Source: Eubacteriales bacterium (GTDB taxonomy: Bacteria; Bacillota; Clostridia; Oscillospirales; CAG-272). Taken from it: a stretch of DNA of 64,000 nucleotides. This document shows, piece by piece, positions 1 through 8,894 of the stretch. The stretch is from assembly GCA_045538685.1 (NCBI GenBank), contig JAZSRX010000013.1:12980-76979 (forward strand), written 5' to 3'. Both the position numbers and the translations under genes were made by a program. The notes below the pieces were generated by a model. The model did not search any database, was not told the origin of the DNA, and saw only the letters and a list, made by a program, of their open reading frames with translations. The stretch's first letter is position 1. Each line of letters begins with the position of its first letter.

Positions 1-2
1 TT

Positions 3-425
3 CCCGCACTTTCATGGATAATTGCTCAGGTTGTTAAGGCAGTTGTTAACGGCATTGTAAACAAGAAATTTTCTTGGGTTAGACTTTTTGGCGATGGCGG
101 AATGCCCAGTGGACATTCGGCTACTGTTTCATCTCTTGCTGTCCTGATTGGAATTAACGAGGGATTTGGCAGTCCTGCCTTTGGCTTGGCTACGGTGTTT
201 GCTATTGTTGTAATGCACGATGCCCTTGGTGTCAGACGCGAAACAGGCAAGCAGGCCTCGTCAATTATTGAAATGGCAGGAGTTCTTAATGACTTTTTGA
301 GTGAACGTGATGAAGAGATTAAAACCGACAAGCTTAAAGTTTTTGTCGGCCACACACCCTGGCAGGTTGTAATCGGTTCATTGCTTGGCATTGTTATTGC
401 AATAGTTTACAGCTTTATATTTTAA
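3..425 (+). CDS. DUF212 / divergent PAP2 (YuiD-like) membrane protein, 5'-truncated by the window edge
   Basis: Frame is open from base 3 (PALSWIIAQVVK...). Family motifs GGMPSGHSA, VMHDALGVRR..GKQA and VGHTP.QV..G are present. Confidence 0.85.
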   Translation, partial: PALSWIIAQVVKAVVNGIVNKKFSWVRLFGDGGMPSGHSATVSSLAVLIGINEGFGSPAFGLATVFAIVVMHDALGVRRETGKQASSIIEMAGVLNDFLSERDEEIKTDKLKVFVGHTPWQVVIGSLLGIVIAIVYSFIF

Positions 426-459
426 TTAATAAATAAACACACTTTCGGAGGAAAACAAA

Positions 460-1656
460 ATGAAAATTTTAGTTATCAACGCAGGTAGCTCATCGCTCAA
501 GTTCCAGCTTATTGATATGGAAAACGAGCAGGTTATTGCAAAGGGCATTTGCGAGGAGATAGGCGGTAAGTCCGGCTTCAAGTTCAAGGTTCCCGGCAGA
601 GAAGATTATAAGGCAGCAATCGCAATGCCTACCCACGCAGAAGCACTTCAGCTTGTGCTTAACACTCTTGTAGACGAGAATATGGGTGTTATCAAGTCTG
701 TTTCCGAGATCGGTGCAGTTGGTCACAGAGTTGTTCACGGCGGCGAAAAGTTTGCGTCCTCCGTTCTTGTTACCGACGAGGTTAAGGAAATCATCTCGGA
801 GTGTGCAGACCTTGCTCCTCTTCACAACCCTGCTAACCTTAACGGTATTGTTGTATGTGAAAAGCTTATGGGTGTTCCCCAGGTTGCAGTATTTGATACA
901 TCCTTCCACCAGACTATGCCCGAGGCATCTTATATGTATGCTCTTCCTTATGAGTATTATGAAAAGTACAAGATCCGCCGTTACGGCTTCCACGGCACAT
1001 CTCACCGCTATGTAAGCGAGAGAGCAATTGTTATGCTCGGCAAGCCCGCTGACCAGTGCAACGTAGTTACCTGTCACCTTGGTAACGGTGCATCCTTCGC
1101 AGCAGTTAAGGGTGGCAAGTGCTTTGACACCTCTATGGGTGTAACTCCTCTCGAGGGTATTATGATGGGTACTCGTTCCGGTAACATCGACCCCGCAATC
1201 ATTCCTTACCTTATGCGTAAGGGCGAGCTTACCACAGCAGACGATATTGACAAGATGATGAACAAGAAGTCGGGTATGCTTGGTATTTCCGGCAAGACCA
1301 GCGACAACCAGGAGATCGGCCACCTTGCAGAGTCGGGCGACAAGAGAGCAATCCTTTGTGAAGAAATGTACTCTCACCAGATCGCAAAGAATGTTGGTTC
1401 TTACATCGTAGCTATGGGCGGTGCTGACGCAATCGTATTTACCGGTGGTATCGGTGAGAACGCAGGTCATTACAGAGCAAAGCTTGGCGAACAGCTTGCA
1501 TTCCTTGGTGTAAAGATTGACGCAGAGAAGAACAAGATCCGCGGTGAGGAGGTTGAGATTTCCACTCCCGATTCTCCCATTAAGGTATTTGTAATTCCTA
1601 CTAACGAAGAGCTTGTTATCGCACGCGACACCCTCGCAATTGTAAGTGCTCTTTAA
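460..1656 (+). CDS. ackA: acetate kinase
   Basis: MKILVINAGSSSLK, GHRVVHGG, APLHNP, RRYGFHGTSH, CHLGNG, FTGGIGEN, PTNEE; GGAGG SD. Confidence 0.98.
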   Translation: MKILVINAGSSSLKFQLIDMENEQVIAKGICEEIGGKSGFKFKVPGREDYKAAIAMPTHAEALQLVLNTLVDENMGVIKSVSEIGAVGHRVVHGGEKFASSVLVTDEVKEIISECADLAPLHNPANLNGIVVCEKLMGVPQVAVFDTSFHQTMPEASYMYALPYEYYEKYKIRRYGFHGTSHRYVSERAIVMLGKPADQCNVVTCHLGNGASFAAVKGGKCFDTSMGVTPLEGIMMGTRSGNIDPAIIPYLMRKGELTTADDIDKMMNKKSGMLGISGKTSDNQEIGHLAESGDKRAILCEEMYSHQIAKNVGSYIVAMGGADAIVFTGGIGENAGHYRAKLGEQLAFLGVKIDAEKNKIRGEEVEISTPDSPIKVFVIPTNEELVIARDTLAIVSAL

Positions 1657-1711
1657 TTTGAAAAGGAATTTTATTAAAAATTCTACATTATATTATATAA
1701 ATAATTAACTG

Positions 1712-1752
1712 AACGGGCTGCCATAATGACAGCCCGTTTACATACTTTTTTT
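1712..1752 (+). terminator. stem-loop plus T-run between ackA and greA (ackA terminator or greA leader attenuator)
   Basis: AACGGGCTG/CAGCCCGTT 9-bp stem (1712-1738) followed by TACATACTTTTTTT. Confidence 0.5.
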
Positions 1753-1767
1753 GAAAGGCAGTTTATA

Positions 1768-2271
1768 ATGTACGACGAGCTTACCGAAGTTGACATAAAG
1801 AAAATGGAAGATGAAATAAACTATCGCAAGACGGTTCTTGCTCCCGAGCTTGGAGCAGAGGTAAAACGCACTCGCGAGTATGGTGATCTTTCGGAAAATG
1901 CCGAATATAAAGAGGCGAAATATCTGAAACGCAAGAACGAAAGCCGTATTCGTTACCTGGAAAATATGATTCGCACCGCAAAGGTTATAGAAATTGGCGG
2001 CAGTAGTGATACAGTTGCACTGTTCGACAAGGTGCTTATTTATAACGAGCGAATGAAGGCAGAGAAGGAAATACATATTGTAACCACTCTGCGTCAGAAT
2101 GCACTACAAGGATATGTAAGCAAGGAATCTCCTCTTGGCGGAGCACTTCTCGGTCATAAGGTAGGCGACCGCCTGCTTGTAAAGGTAAGCGACACCGTTT
2201 CCTATTATGTAGAAATACGTGGTATAACTAAGGGAAAAGACGACGAAAATCTGCCTATTAGTGGATTTTGA
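1768..2271 (+). CDS. greA: GreA/GreB transcription elongation factor
   Basis: YGDLSENAEYKEAK and SKESPLGGALLG motifs. ATG 1768 follows GAAAGG and is preferred over 1726. Confidence 0.9.
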   Translation: MYDELTEVDIKKMEDEINYRKTVLAPELGAEVKRTREYGDLSENAEYKEAKYLKRKNESRIRYLENMIRTAKVIEIGGSSDTVALFDKVLIYNERMKAEKEIHIVTTLRQNALQGYVSKESPLGGALLGHKVGDRLLVKVSDTVSYYVEIRGITKGKDDENLPISGF

Positions 2272-2332
2272 TGAGTGCAGAGCGAGCAGAAAAAACGGTT
2301 AATAATCATTTTTTGTAGCGAAGCGGCCTATA

Positions 2333-2380
2333 TGCCTTCCCTGTTGGGGAAGGTGGCGGCGAAGCCGACGGATGAGGTTT
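2333..2380. repeat. left 48-bp inverted repeat (REP-like, double hairpin) flanking the DUF559 gene
   Basis: TGCCTTCCCTGTTGGGGAAGGTGGCGGCGAAGCCGACGGATGAGGTTT; its reverse complement matches 2780-2827 at 43/48 positions. Confidence 0.95.
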
Positions 2381-2430
2381 CCTTTGAAGTCAACCGAGCC
2401 GCAGCGAGAAGGTGGTGAATGAGGTGAAAA

Positions 2431-2832
2431 ATGAGCACATTTAACAACAATCCCGAACTCAAAGAATACGCACAATCTTTGAGAAGAAATATGACAAAAG
2501 AAGAAAAGCATCTTTGGTACGACTTTTTTAAAAAGCTTAATCTAGTCGTAAACAGGCAGAAAGTAATAAACAATTACATTGTGGATTTTTGTATTCCTTC
2601 GGCAAAGCTGATTATTGAGCTTGACGGATCACAGCACTATGAGCCCGAAAACAAGGAGTATGATAAACAACGAGATGATTTTCTTAAAAGTCAAGGTTAT
2701 ACCGTTCTTAGATATACAAATTTCGATATAAATAGAAATTTTGACGGAGTTTGTTTTGATATATTGAAGTATATAGAACAAACCTCATCCGTCACCTACG
2801 GTGCCACCTTCCCCAACAGGGAAGGCAAATAA
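2431..2832 (+). CDS. DUF559 (Vsr-like) endonuclease domain protein
   Basis: A..LRRNMT.EE..LW, RQ.VI.NYIVDF, LIIELDGSQH, D..RD.FL...GY.VLR motifs; GAGGTG SD. Confidence 0.92.
   Translation: MSTFNNNPELKEYAQSLRRNMTKEEKHLWYDFFKKLNLVVNRQKVINNYIVDFCIPSAKLIIELDGSQHYEPENKEYDKQRDDFLKSQGYTVLRYTNFDINRNFDGVCFDILKYIEQTSSVTYGATFPNREGK
2780..2827. repeat. right 48-bp inverted repeat, overlapping the 3' end of the DUF559 gene
   Basis: AAACCTCATCCGTCACCTACGGTGCCACCTTCCCCAACAGGGAAGGCA. Confidence 0.95.
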
Positions 2833-2909
2833 CTCTGCACTCTGCACTTTGCACTCTGCACTCTGCACTCTTCACTTTGCACTCTGCACTCTGCACTCTG
2901 CACTTTGCA
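2833..2909. repeat. heptamer tandem array (CTCTGCA/CTTTGCA) x11
   Basis: Eleven 7-bp units counted directly, starting right after the DUF559 stop. An inverted remnant GAGTGCAGAG lies at 2273-2282. Confidence 0.95.
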
Positions 2910-3065
2910 CTTAGTCGGTAAACCTAAGACTAACTTTAAAGCAGAAAAATAGCGAAATGGTGGAAATTTGTGCAATGTTCACAAAGAAAGCACCTTAAAG
3001 ACGGGCGAAAACAAGTTAATTTTTGTGCATTAATAAAAGTTAATAAAATAAAAATTTAAAATATA

Positions 3066-3094
3066 TTGACAAATTTCTAAAAAAAATGTATACT
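3066..3094 (+). promoter_or_regulatory. SigA-type promoter of the major pilin
   Basis: TTGACA-17 bp-TATACT, preceded by an A/T-rich UP-like region. Confidence 0.8.
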
Positions 3095-3276
3095 ATTGAT
3101 GCAATTAAGGGAAGTGTGTTTTTTTACTTTTCTTAATGCACAAATTAAGTTTGATAATGCAGGAAAAATGCAGATTTTGAATGTCCACCTTCCGAGTGGG
3201 TGGGCTGACAAAACAAAAACCTTTCCTGCGTACCAAAAAAATTAAAAAATAAAAATTTTGTTAGGAGATTTTCACA

Positions 3277-3606
3277 ATGAAAAGAAACAACAAGAAGGGC
3301 TTTACAATCGTTGAGCTCGTAATCGTTATTGCTGTTATCGCAATTCTTGCTGGCGTTATGATCCCCACCTTCGGTAGCATCATTACTAAGGCAAACGAGT
3401 CTAAGGAATTCCAGCAGGCATCTGCTGCATACAAGAATGCTCTTGCAGAAGAGCTCGCTGATGACGGTGTTATTGGTGATGCTGAGAACACCCAGGGTAA
3501 CTACACCTTCACTTGGGCAGACGACGTACTTACATCCGTTACTGGTAATGCAGGTTACACCTACAACGTTACCGACGGTGCTCTTACCGGCGTAACCAAG
3601 AACTAA
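3277..3606 (+). CDS. pilA: type IV major pilin
   Basis: Class III signal MKRNNKKG|FTIVELVIVIAVIAIL (F1, E5). Strongly biased codons; own promoter and downstream stem-loop. Confidence 0.9.
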   Translation: MKRNNKKGFTIVELVIVIAVIAILAGVMIPTFGSIITKANESKEFQQASAAYKNALAEELADDGVIGDAENTQGNYTFTWADDVLTSVTGNAGYTYNVTDGALTGVTKN

Positions 3607-3662
3607 TCCCTAATACATACCATTTTCTATAGTTTTCTATAATCACTCGGAAAAGGTTATAG

Positions 3663-3695
3663 ACACCACAACGCAATTTATGCGTTGTGGTGTTT
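3663..3695 (+). terminator. 13-bp stem-loop after pilin
   Basis: ACACCACAACGCA/TGCGTTGTGGTGT with a short T tail. Confidence 0.7.
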
Positions 3696-4012
3696 GCCTG
3701 TATTACCCTAATTTTAATGTACTTCTTTATACAAAAGTAAAGAGAAATGTTGACAATTTTGCCCCAAAAAGCAAACTTTGTTTTACATTTTTATCCAAAA
3801 ATTCATTAAAATTGTATTGTCTCGGAATATGCGAAGCCCTAAAATGTGGTTTAGTATATATCGAGCTTAAATTTTGTTAAAAATATTTTAAAGCTTTATT
3901 TTTTATTTTTTGCGTGTACGCGTAAAGCTTTAAAGTGAAAAAACTTCCATAACAGGAAAAACCAAGTCCCGAAAGTCCGGGTTCTTTGGCAAAAAGAAAA
4001 AAGGAGGCAGCC

Positions 4013-4498
4013 ATGAAAATTAAAAACAAAGGCAGACGCGGTGCAACGTTGACAGAGCTTATAGTTGTAATTGCCGTACTCTCGATAGTTGCGGTTATGG
4101 TGGTATCTTTTTCCACTATGGTTGGCGGAAGCCAAAGACTTGCTAAGGCAAAGGTAGATGCTCTTAGCGACATCAGGGTTGCTGAGTCGGTTGTTGAGAA
4201 TTTTATTAACAACGCATCCGATAGCAATAATACAAATTGTTATCGCAGCGAAACAATGCTGGCTAATATAGAGGGTGACACTCTTACTTTTGAGAACGGT
4301 GCACTTAATATTAACAAAACCGGCGGAGAAAACAGCACAGTTAATTTTGAACATATAACAAATATTACGTTCTTTTATCACAGCACTGCGGAAAACGGTG
4401 CAGACACAATCTACTACTGCAAAATTGCCTATGTTATAGGCGAACTTAATTATGAATATACCTTCTGCGTAAACCCTTACGCAGGTGAATCTATATAA
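4013..4498 (+). CDS. minor pilin / pseudopilin
   Basis: MKIKNKGRRG|ATLTELIVVIAVL (E5 kept, +1 Ala); AAGGAGG SD before ATG 4013. Confidence 0.85.
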   Translation: MKIKNKGRRGATLTELIVVIAVLSIVAVMVVSFSTMVGGSQRLAKAKVDALSDIRVAESVVENFINNASDSNNTNCYRSETMLANIEGDTLTFENGALNINKTGGENSTVNFEHITNITFFYHSTAENGADTIYYCKIAYVIGELNYEYTFCVNPYAGESI

Positions 4499-4511
4499 GG
4501 AGGTAGCTGAA

Positions 4512-4952
4512 ATGATTAAAGTGAACTCCGAAAGAAAACTTACCAACCGCAATGGAAAGCGACGCGGTTTTACTATGGTAGAGCTTGTTATATCGCTTAC
4601 TGTTATTGCGATTGTAACACTTGCAACTATCAGCATTATTAATGCACAGCACAGAATTTATACCCTGACTTCCCAGACCGCTGAGGCAACCAACATTACC
4701 GAAAATGCAATAGAGTGCTTCAGATATGCGGCGAACATATCAGATGACGAAGAAGTTGTAAAAAATGAATTTTACAATGCATTTGTAAAAACAGGGTATT
4801 TGAATACAGAACAGTATCCCGAGTCAGCAAGTTATTATGAAATAACCAAAAACGGTTTAAAGATTAATATTGGTGTTTCATCAAATCAGATTACAATCGT
4901 TTCCTACGACAGCTGGGGCGATCAGATTTTGGATGAAACCTACACTAAGTAA
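4512..4952 (+). CDS. minor pilin (PilV-like)
   Basis: ...GKRRG|FTMVELVISLTVIAI; TAAGGAGGT SD before ATG 4512. Confidence 0.85.
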   Translation: MIKVNSERKLTNRNGKRRGFTMVELVISLTVIAIVTLATISIINAQHRIYTLTSQTAEATNITENAIECFRYAANISDDEEVVKNEFYNAFVKTGYLNTEQYPESASYYEITKNGLKINIGVSSNQITIVSYDSWGDQILDETYTK

Positions 4953-4966
4953 GAAGGGAGATGCTT

Positions 4967-5293
4967 ATGAAAAAAACACTGCTTTCAAGACGTGGTGCGG
5001 CTATCGAAATGGCAATTGGTGTGCTGTTTCTGATGATGGGATTAAGCATTATCCTCGTTTCTTCCGCAACCATACAAAATTCACAGAGAAGAAAAGACTT
5101 TGCCGAGTTTAACAACAAGGTTGAGCTTATGGAAATTACCGATTATATAATCGAGAATCCCGAAGCCACAACCTACGGCGAAGATTATTCTATAACCTAC
5201 AACGAGGGAAATTATACTGTTACAAATACAAAAAATAACAGTGTTGTTTTGGAATTTACTGTAACAGACGGAAAAATCTCCTCTTGGAACTAA
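4967..5293 (+). CDS. minor pilin lacking E5 (PilX/GspK-like position)
   Basis: MKKTLLSRRG|AAIEMAIGVLFLMMG then a hydrophobic helix; last gene of the pilin triplet. Alternative start at 4961. Confidence 0.65.
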   Translation: MKKTLLSRRGAAIEMAIGVLFLMMGLSIILVSSATIQNSQRRKDFAEFNNKVELMEITDYIIENPEATTYGEDYSITYNEGNYTVTNTKNNSVVLEFTVTDGKISSWN

Positions 5294-5310
5294 ACGAAAG
5301 GACGAAAAAA

Positions 5311-6765
5311 GTGGCAGAAAAGAATAAAAACACTTTAGAGTCGGTTATCGGTGTTGATACCGACAGAGAGATAATTCATTTCTATTCCATGGACGGTGGA
5401 AATAAGGAAACGATTAATTATCATATGCAGGGATATAAGGCAAAGCCCTTCAGCCCCGAGTTTTACGATAAAATAAGCAACATTCTCGGTCAGTACCGCG
5501 AGGATCACCCCGACCACACTTTGCAGAAGGTTTCTATTGTGCTTTCTGACTCGGTGGCTCTTACCGATACGGTAAACCTTCCCCTCATCAACAAAAAGGC
5601 GATGGACTCATCTCTTGCCGCATCGCTGAGCAACCTTTACGGAAATAGCTCGGATCTTAAATTTAACCGTATTCTTGCACTTCAGTCGAAGAATATTGCT
5701 ACATATGCTATTTCGGGTATTAGAAAGGATATTCTCGTTAACCTGAACAAAGCTTTTGCTGCACATCAGATCAGCATCGGCAACATTACCTATGCATCAA
5801 GTGCGACTACAAATGCGGCTCTTACTCTTAATCCTAAAATCAAGAACGACTCTTTTGTTATTCTTGACATCAAAGAGGAGTTTGCAAGACTTATCTTTGT
5901 AGTAAAGGGCAAGACACTTGGCTTCTACACTCTGCCTTTCGGCTACAAAATTCTTTATAAGACAAGAGTTGCACCAGAGGATCTTCTCTTTGACCACAGC
6001 TCTGCCGAGCTTACCGTTCTTAATGCAAAGGAAAGAGCAAAGGCAAAGGCGGTTACAATGGCAGAGGAAGAGCTTACAGTTGCTTCCGAAGAGCCCGCCC
6101 CCCAAGCCGAAGAGAATGATGAAGACGAGATTGAGCCCTTCATCAGACCCAAGGCAGAGGATGAGGATGACGATGATGAAGAGGACTTCGAGGATGTAAA
6201 CGAGGAAGATAGCGAGGGCGATATGGAGTTTATCACCCGTAACCGCAAGAAGCCCGCAAGAAAGCTTCCTAAGTTTATGCTTCGTCCCACCCCCACAAAC
6301 CGTGAGGGATATATGTATGAAAACTTCAGAGTGTTCATTAAATGGACTCTTGAATTTATCGCAGGAAACCCCGGAATTACAGCACTTGGAGCACCTTCTG
6401 CTGTTTATGTAAATATGCCCGAGGAGTATTCCTTCCTTTACGATATGACAAATCTCGAGGCAGAGGACAACGGTTTGTCCTTCCTTCCTCTTCTTACAGA
6501 GCAGGAGGGTGACGTTGTAAAGAAAAACCTTGAGCTTTACGGCGGATTCTTTACAAAGCAGTTTAACGGCTTTAACAACTTCCAGCCGATTCACGTTGAC
6601 AGCCACAAGCCCCGTCTTCCCGAGAGGGAAGGAAAGTCCCAGCAGGAAGCTGAGCCACAGACCGAGGGCAAGAAGGATATCAAGCAACAGATTGCCGATT
6701 TCTTAAGCAAGGCAAAAGAGATTATCAAGAAGATTGCCACATATGAAATTGGCGGTAAGAAGTAA
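5311..6765 (+). CDS. hypothetical protein, probable highly divergent PilM-like protein with an acidic insertion
   Basis: N-terminal VIGVD strand, mid-protein VILDI..., F..TLPFG pattern reminiscent of PilM/FtsA, D/E-rich loop, and position in the pilus operon. GTG start after GAAAGGA. Confidence 0.5.
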   Translation: MAEKNKNTLESVIGVDTDREIIHFYSMDGGNKETINYHMQGYKAKPFSPEFYDKISNILGQYREDHPDHTLQKVSIVLSDSVALTDTVNLPLINKKAMDSSLAASLSNLYGNSSDLKFNRILALQSKNIATYAISGIRKDILVNLNKAFAAHQISIGNITYASSATTNAALTLNPKIKNDSFVILDIKEEFARLIFVVKGKTLGFYTLPFGYKILYKTRVAPEDLLFDHSSAELTVLNAKERAKAKAVTMAEEELTVASEEPAPQAEENDEDEIEPFIRPKAEDEDDDDEEDFEDVNEEDSEGDMEFITRNRKKPARKLPKFMLRPTPTNREGYMYENFRVFIKWTLEFIAGNPGITALGAPSAVYVNMPEEYSFLYDMTNLEAEDNGLSFLPLLTEQEGDVVKKNLELYGGFFTKQFNGFNNFQPIHVDSHKPRLPEREGKSQQEAEPQTEGKKDIKQQIADFLSKAKEIIKKIATYEIGGKK

Positions 6766-6779
6766 TCGGAGGGCGGAAT

Positions 6780-7577
6780 ATGGGAGCTGAACAATTTTAT
6801 TTGCTTTGTGCCTACATTTTGTCCGCACTTGTCGGACTCTGTGTCGGAAGCTTTCTTAACGTAGTAATTTACCGACTTCCAAACGAGATGAGCTTGGCAA
6901 AGCCCGCGTCTCACTGCACAACCTGTGACTACACTCTTAAATGGTATGACAATATTCCTGTTTTGTCCTACATATTCCTGGGTGGAAAGTGCAGAAAATG
7001 CGGTCAGAAAATATCACCCAGATATATGATAGTTGAGCTTGCAAATGCTATTCTTTGGGTTCTGTCGGTACACATTTTCTGGAAAGAAAATCCTGTTATG
7101 GCGGTTATTTCTGCCATAGTGATGTCCTGCCTGATTTGCATTTTCTTTATAGATCTCGATTGTATGCTTATTTTCAATCGTTTTCTTGTGATAATCGGTG
7201 TGCTCGGCATTGTTTCGATTTTCTTCGACAATTATCTTTATTGGTACGACCACCTTATCGGTGCGGCCGTGTTCGGCGGATTCTTCCTGCTTATTTACTA
7301 CATGGCAATATGGATTCTGAAACGCGAGGGAATGGGCTTTGGCGACGTTAAGTTTGCTTTTGTTGCAGGTCTGCTTCTCGGTTGGCAGAAAATGCTTTTT
7401 GCAATGATTATCGCATCTATCAGTGCAAGTATTATTCTTGTTATTGTTAAGAGGAGAAATGGCGACGAGGACGGAAAAGAATATCCCTTCGGCCCGTTCA
7501 TTTCTGTCGGTGTTGCAACCTCTATGCTGGTTGGCGAACCGATTATTACCTGGTATTTATCCCTGCTTGGACTTTGA
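6780..7577 (+). CDS. pilD: prepilin peptidase / N-methyltransferase
   Basis: GSFLNVVIYRLP, CTTC...WYDNIP..SY...GKCRKC, FFID, MGFGDVK, PFGPF. Confidence 0.96.
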   Translation: MGAEQFYLLCAYILSALVGLCVGSFLNVVIYRLPNEMSLAKPASHCTTCDYTLKWYDNIPVLSYIFLGGKCRKCGQKISPRYMIVELANAILWVLSVHIFWKENPVMAVISAIVMSCLICIFFIDLDCMLIFNRFLVIIGVLGIVSIFFDNYLYWYDHLIGAAVFGGFFLLIYYMAIWILKREGMGFGDVKFAFVAGLLLGWQKMLFAMIIASISASIILVIVKRRNGDEDGKEYPFGPFISVGVATSMLVGEPIITWYLSLLGL

Positions 7578-7622
7578 TCCGGCACTTCTCTAAAAAATTC
7601 TTGAAAGGGGGCAAATTGTTCC

Positions 7623-8843
7623 TTGCAAAAGTTTAAATATACGGCAGTAAACCTGCAAAACCAGAAAATTAAGGGCACATTCATTGCCGAGGACGAGCGT
7701 GATTTGGCTGAACAGCTTGCAAAGCAAAGTCTTTATCTCGTTTCCGCAACAGAATATACCGGCAATACTCCGAGCACCTTCTTTACACTCGGTACCGGAA
7801 AAATCACAATGCCCGAGCTGTCGAACTTCTGTCGTCAGTTCTCAATTATGCTGAATACAAACATTCCTCTTCTTGAGGCAATAGATATTCTTAAAAACCA
7901 GCCCTTCAGCTCGCTTTTGGTAAAGATTCTTGAAGTTATGTATGACGACGTTAAGGGCGGTATGTTGCTTTCTGAGGCACTTGAAAAGCACAAGAAGGTA
8001 TTCCCCGACTTCTTCCGCAGTATGACCTACGTTGGTGAGATGAGTGGAAAGCTTGACTTGGTTTTCAATGCTCTTGCTGATTACTATGAGAGAGATGACT
8101 CTATGCGTCGTAAGCTCAAGAGTGCTCTTTCTTATCCCATTATACTTCTCTGTATGACGGTTGGTATCGCGATTTTGATGCTTGCTTTCATCGTTCCTAC
8201 CTTCAAGACAGCTCTGGCAGACCTTGATGTTCCTATCGAGGGTATTACAAAGGTTGTTTACGGCATCTCTGACTTTATTCTTGAATGGTGGCGTATAATC
8301 ATAGCCGTTGTAATTCTTATAGGTGTGGGACTTTACATTTACTTCTCTACCGAGAAGGGAAAGTATACCCGCGACGTTCTGAAGGTAAAGATGCCTTTGC
8401 TTAAAACTATTCAGATTAACACTATTACCGCACGTTTTGCAAGAGCTTTCGCTCTTCTTCTTAACAGCGGTATGGACCTTACAGATGCTATGGACGCCGT
8501 TTCGGTTGTCCTTACCAACAAGTATTTGCAGAAAAAGTTTGCTACCGCAACCGACTATGTTCGTCACGGTATGTCTTTGACAAACGCATTTGAGAGTGTA
8601 GGTGTTTTCCCCACTATGCTTACCAAGATGGTAACTATCGGTGAGAGAACAAACTCGCTCAGCGACGTTCTTAACCGTTCCTGCAGCTACTTTGATGCAC
8701 AGCTTGAAAGCTCCTTTGCATCCTTCTCTGCAAAAATCCAGCCCATTATGATTTGTATTATGGGTGCTGTTGTTGCAACACTCTTCATTGCCGTTTACTC
8801 TCCTATGCTCTCCATTATGAGCACTCTCGGCAGCACATATTAA
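7623..8843 (+). CDS. pilC: type IV pilus platform protein (GspF family)
   Basis: F.Y.A N-terminus, FCRQFSIML, GEMSGKLD, ALSYP, two GspF repeats; TTG start. Confidence 0.95.
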   Translation: MQKFKYTAVNLQNQKIKGTFIAEDERDLAEQLAKQSLYLVSATEYTGNTPSTFFTLGTGKITMPELSNFCRQFSIMLNTNIPLLEAIDILKNQPFSSLLVKILEVMYDDVKGGMLLSEALEKHKKVFPDFFRSMTYVGEMSGKLDLVFNALADYYERDDSMRRKLKSALSYPIILLCMTVGIAILMLAFIVPTFKTALADLDVPIEGITKVVYGISDFILEWWRIIIAVVILIGVGLYIYFSTEKGKYTRDVLKVKMPLLKTIQINTITARFARAFALLLNSGMDLTDAMDAVSVVLTNKYLQKKFATATDYVRHGMSLTNAFESVGVFPTMLTKMVTIGERTNSLSDVLNRSCSYFDAQLESSFASFSAKIQPIMICIMGAVVATLFIAVYSPMLSIMSTLGSTY

Positions 8844-8894
8844 GCGGCATTAGGACTTTATTCCTGCCCCAATTAACAAGAAAGGGAAAAACTG

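Noticed and set aside
2328..2573. minus-strand ORF ending ...ATFPNREGI, mirroring the DUF559 C-terminus
   Set aside because: The similarity is simply translation of the inverted repeat; no independent coding evidence.
2967..2985. Rex or CRP/Fnr operator
   Set aside because: Spacing is one base short of the Rex 18-mer and of TGTGA-N6-TCACA; the regulator cannot be named.
3100..3276. c-di-GMP-I/II riboswitch upstream of pilin
   Set aside because: The consensus elements (GGCAAA...GAAA...GACGCAAA, or GGGCAC...GTGCAACC) are not found; kept only as an unknown structured leader.
3680..3880. 66-aa ORF between pilA and the minor pilins
   Set aside because: It starts inside the terminator stem in AT-rich intergenic DNA and has no SD.
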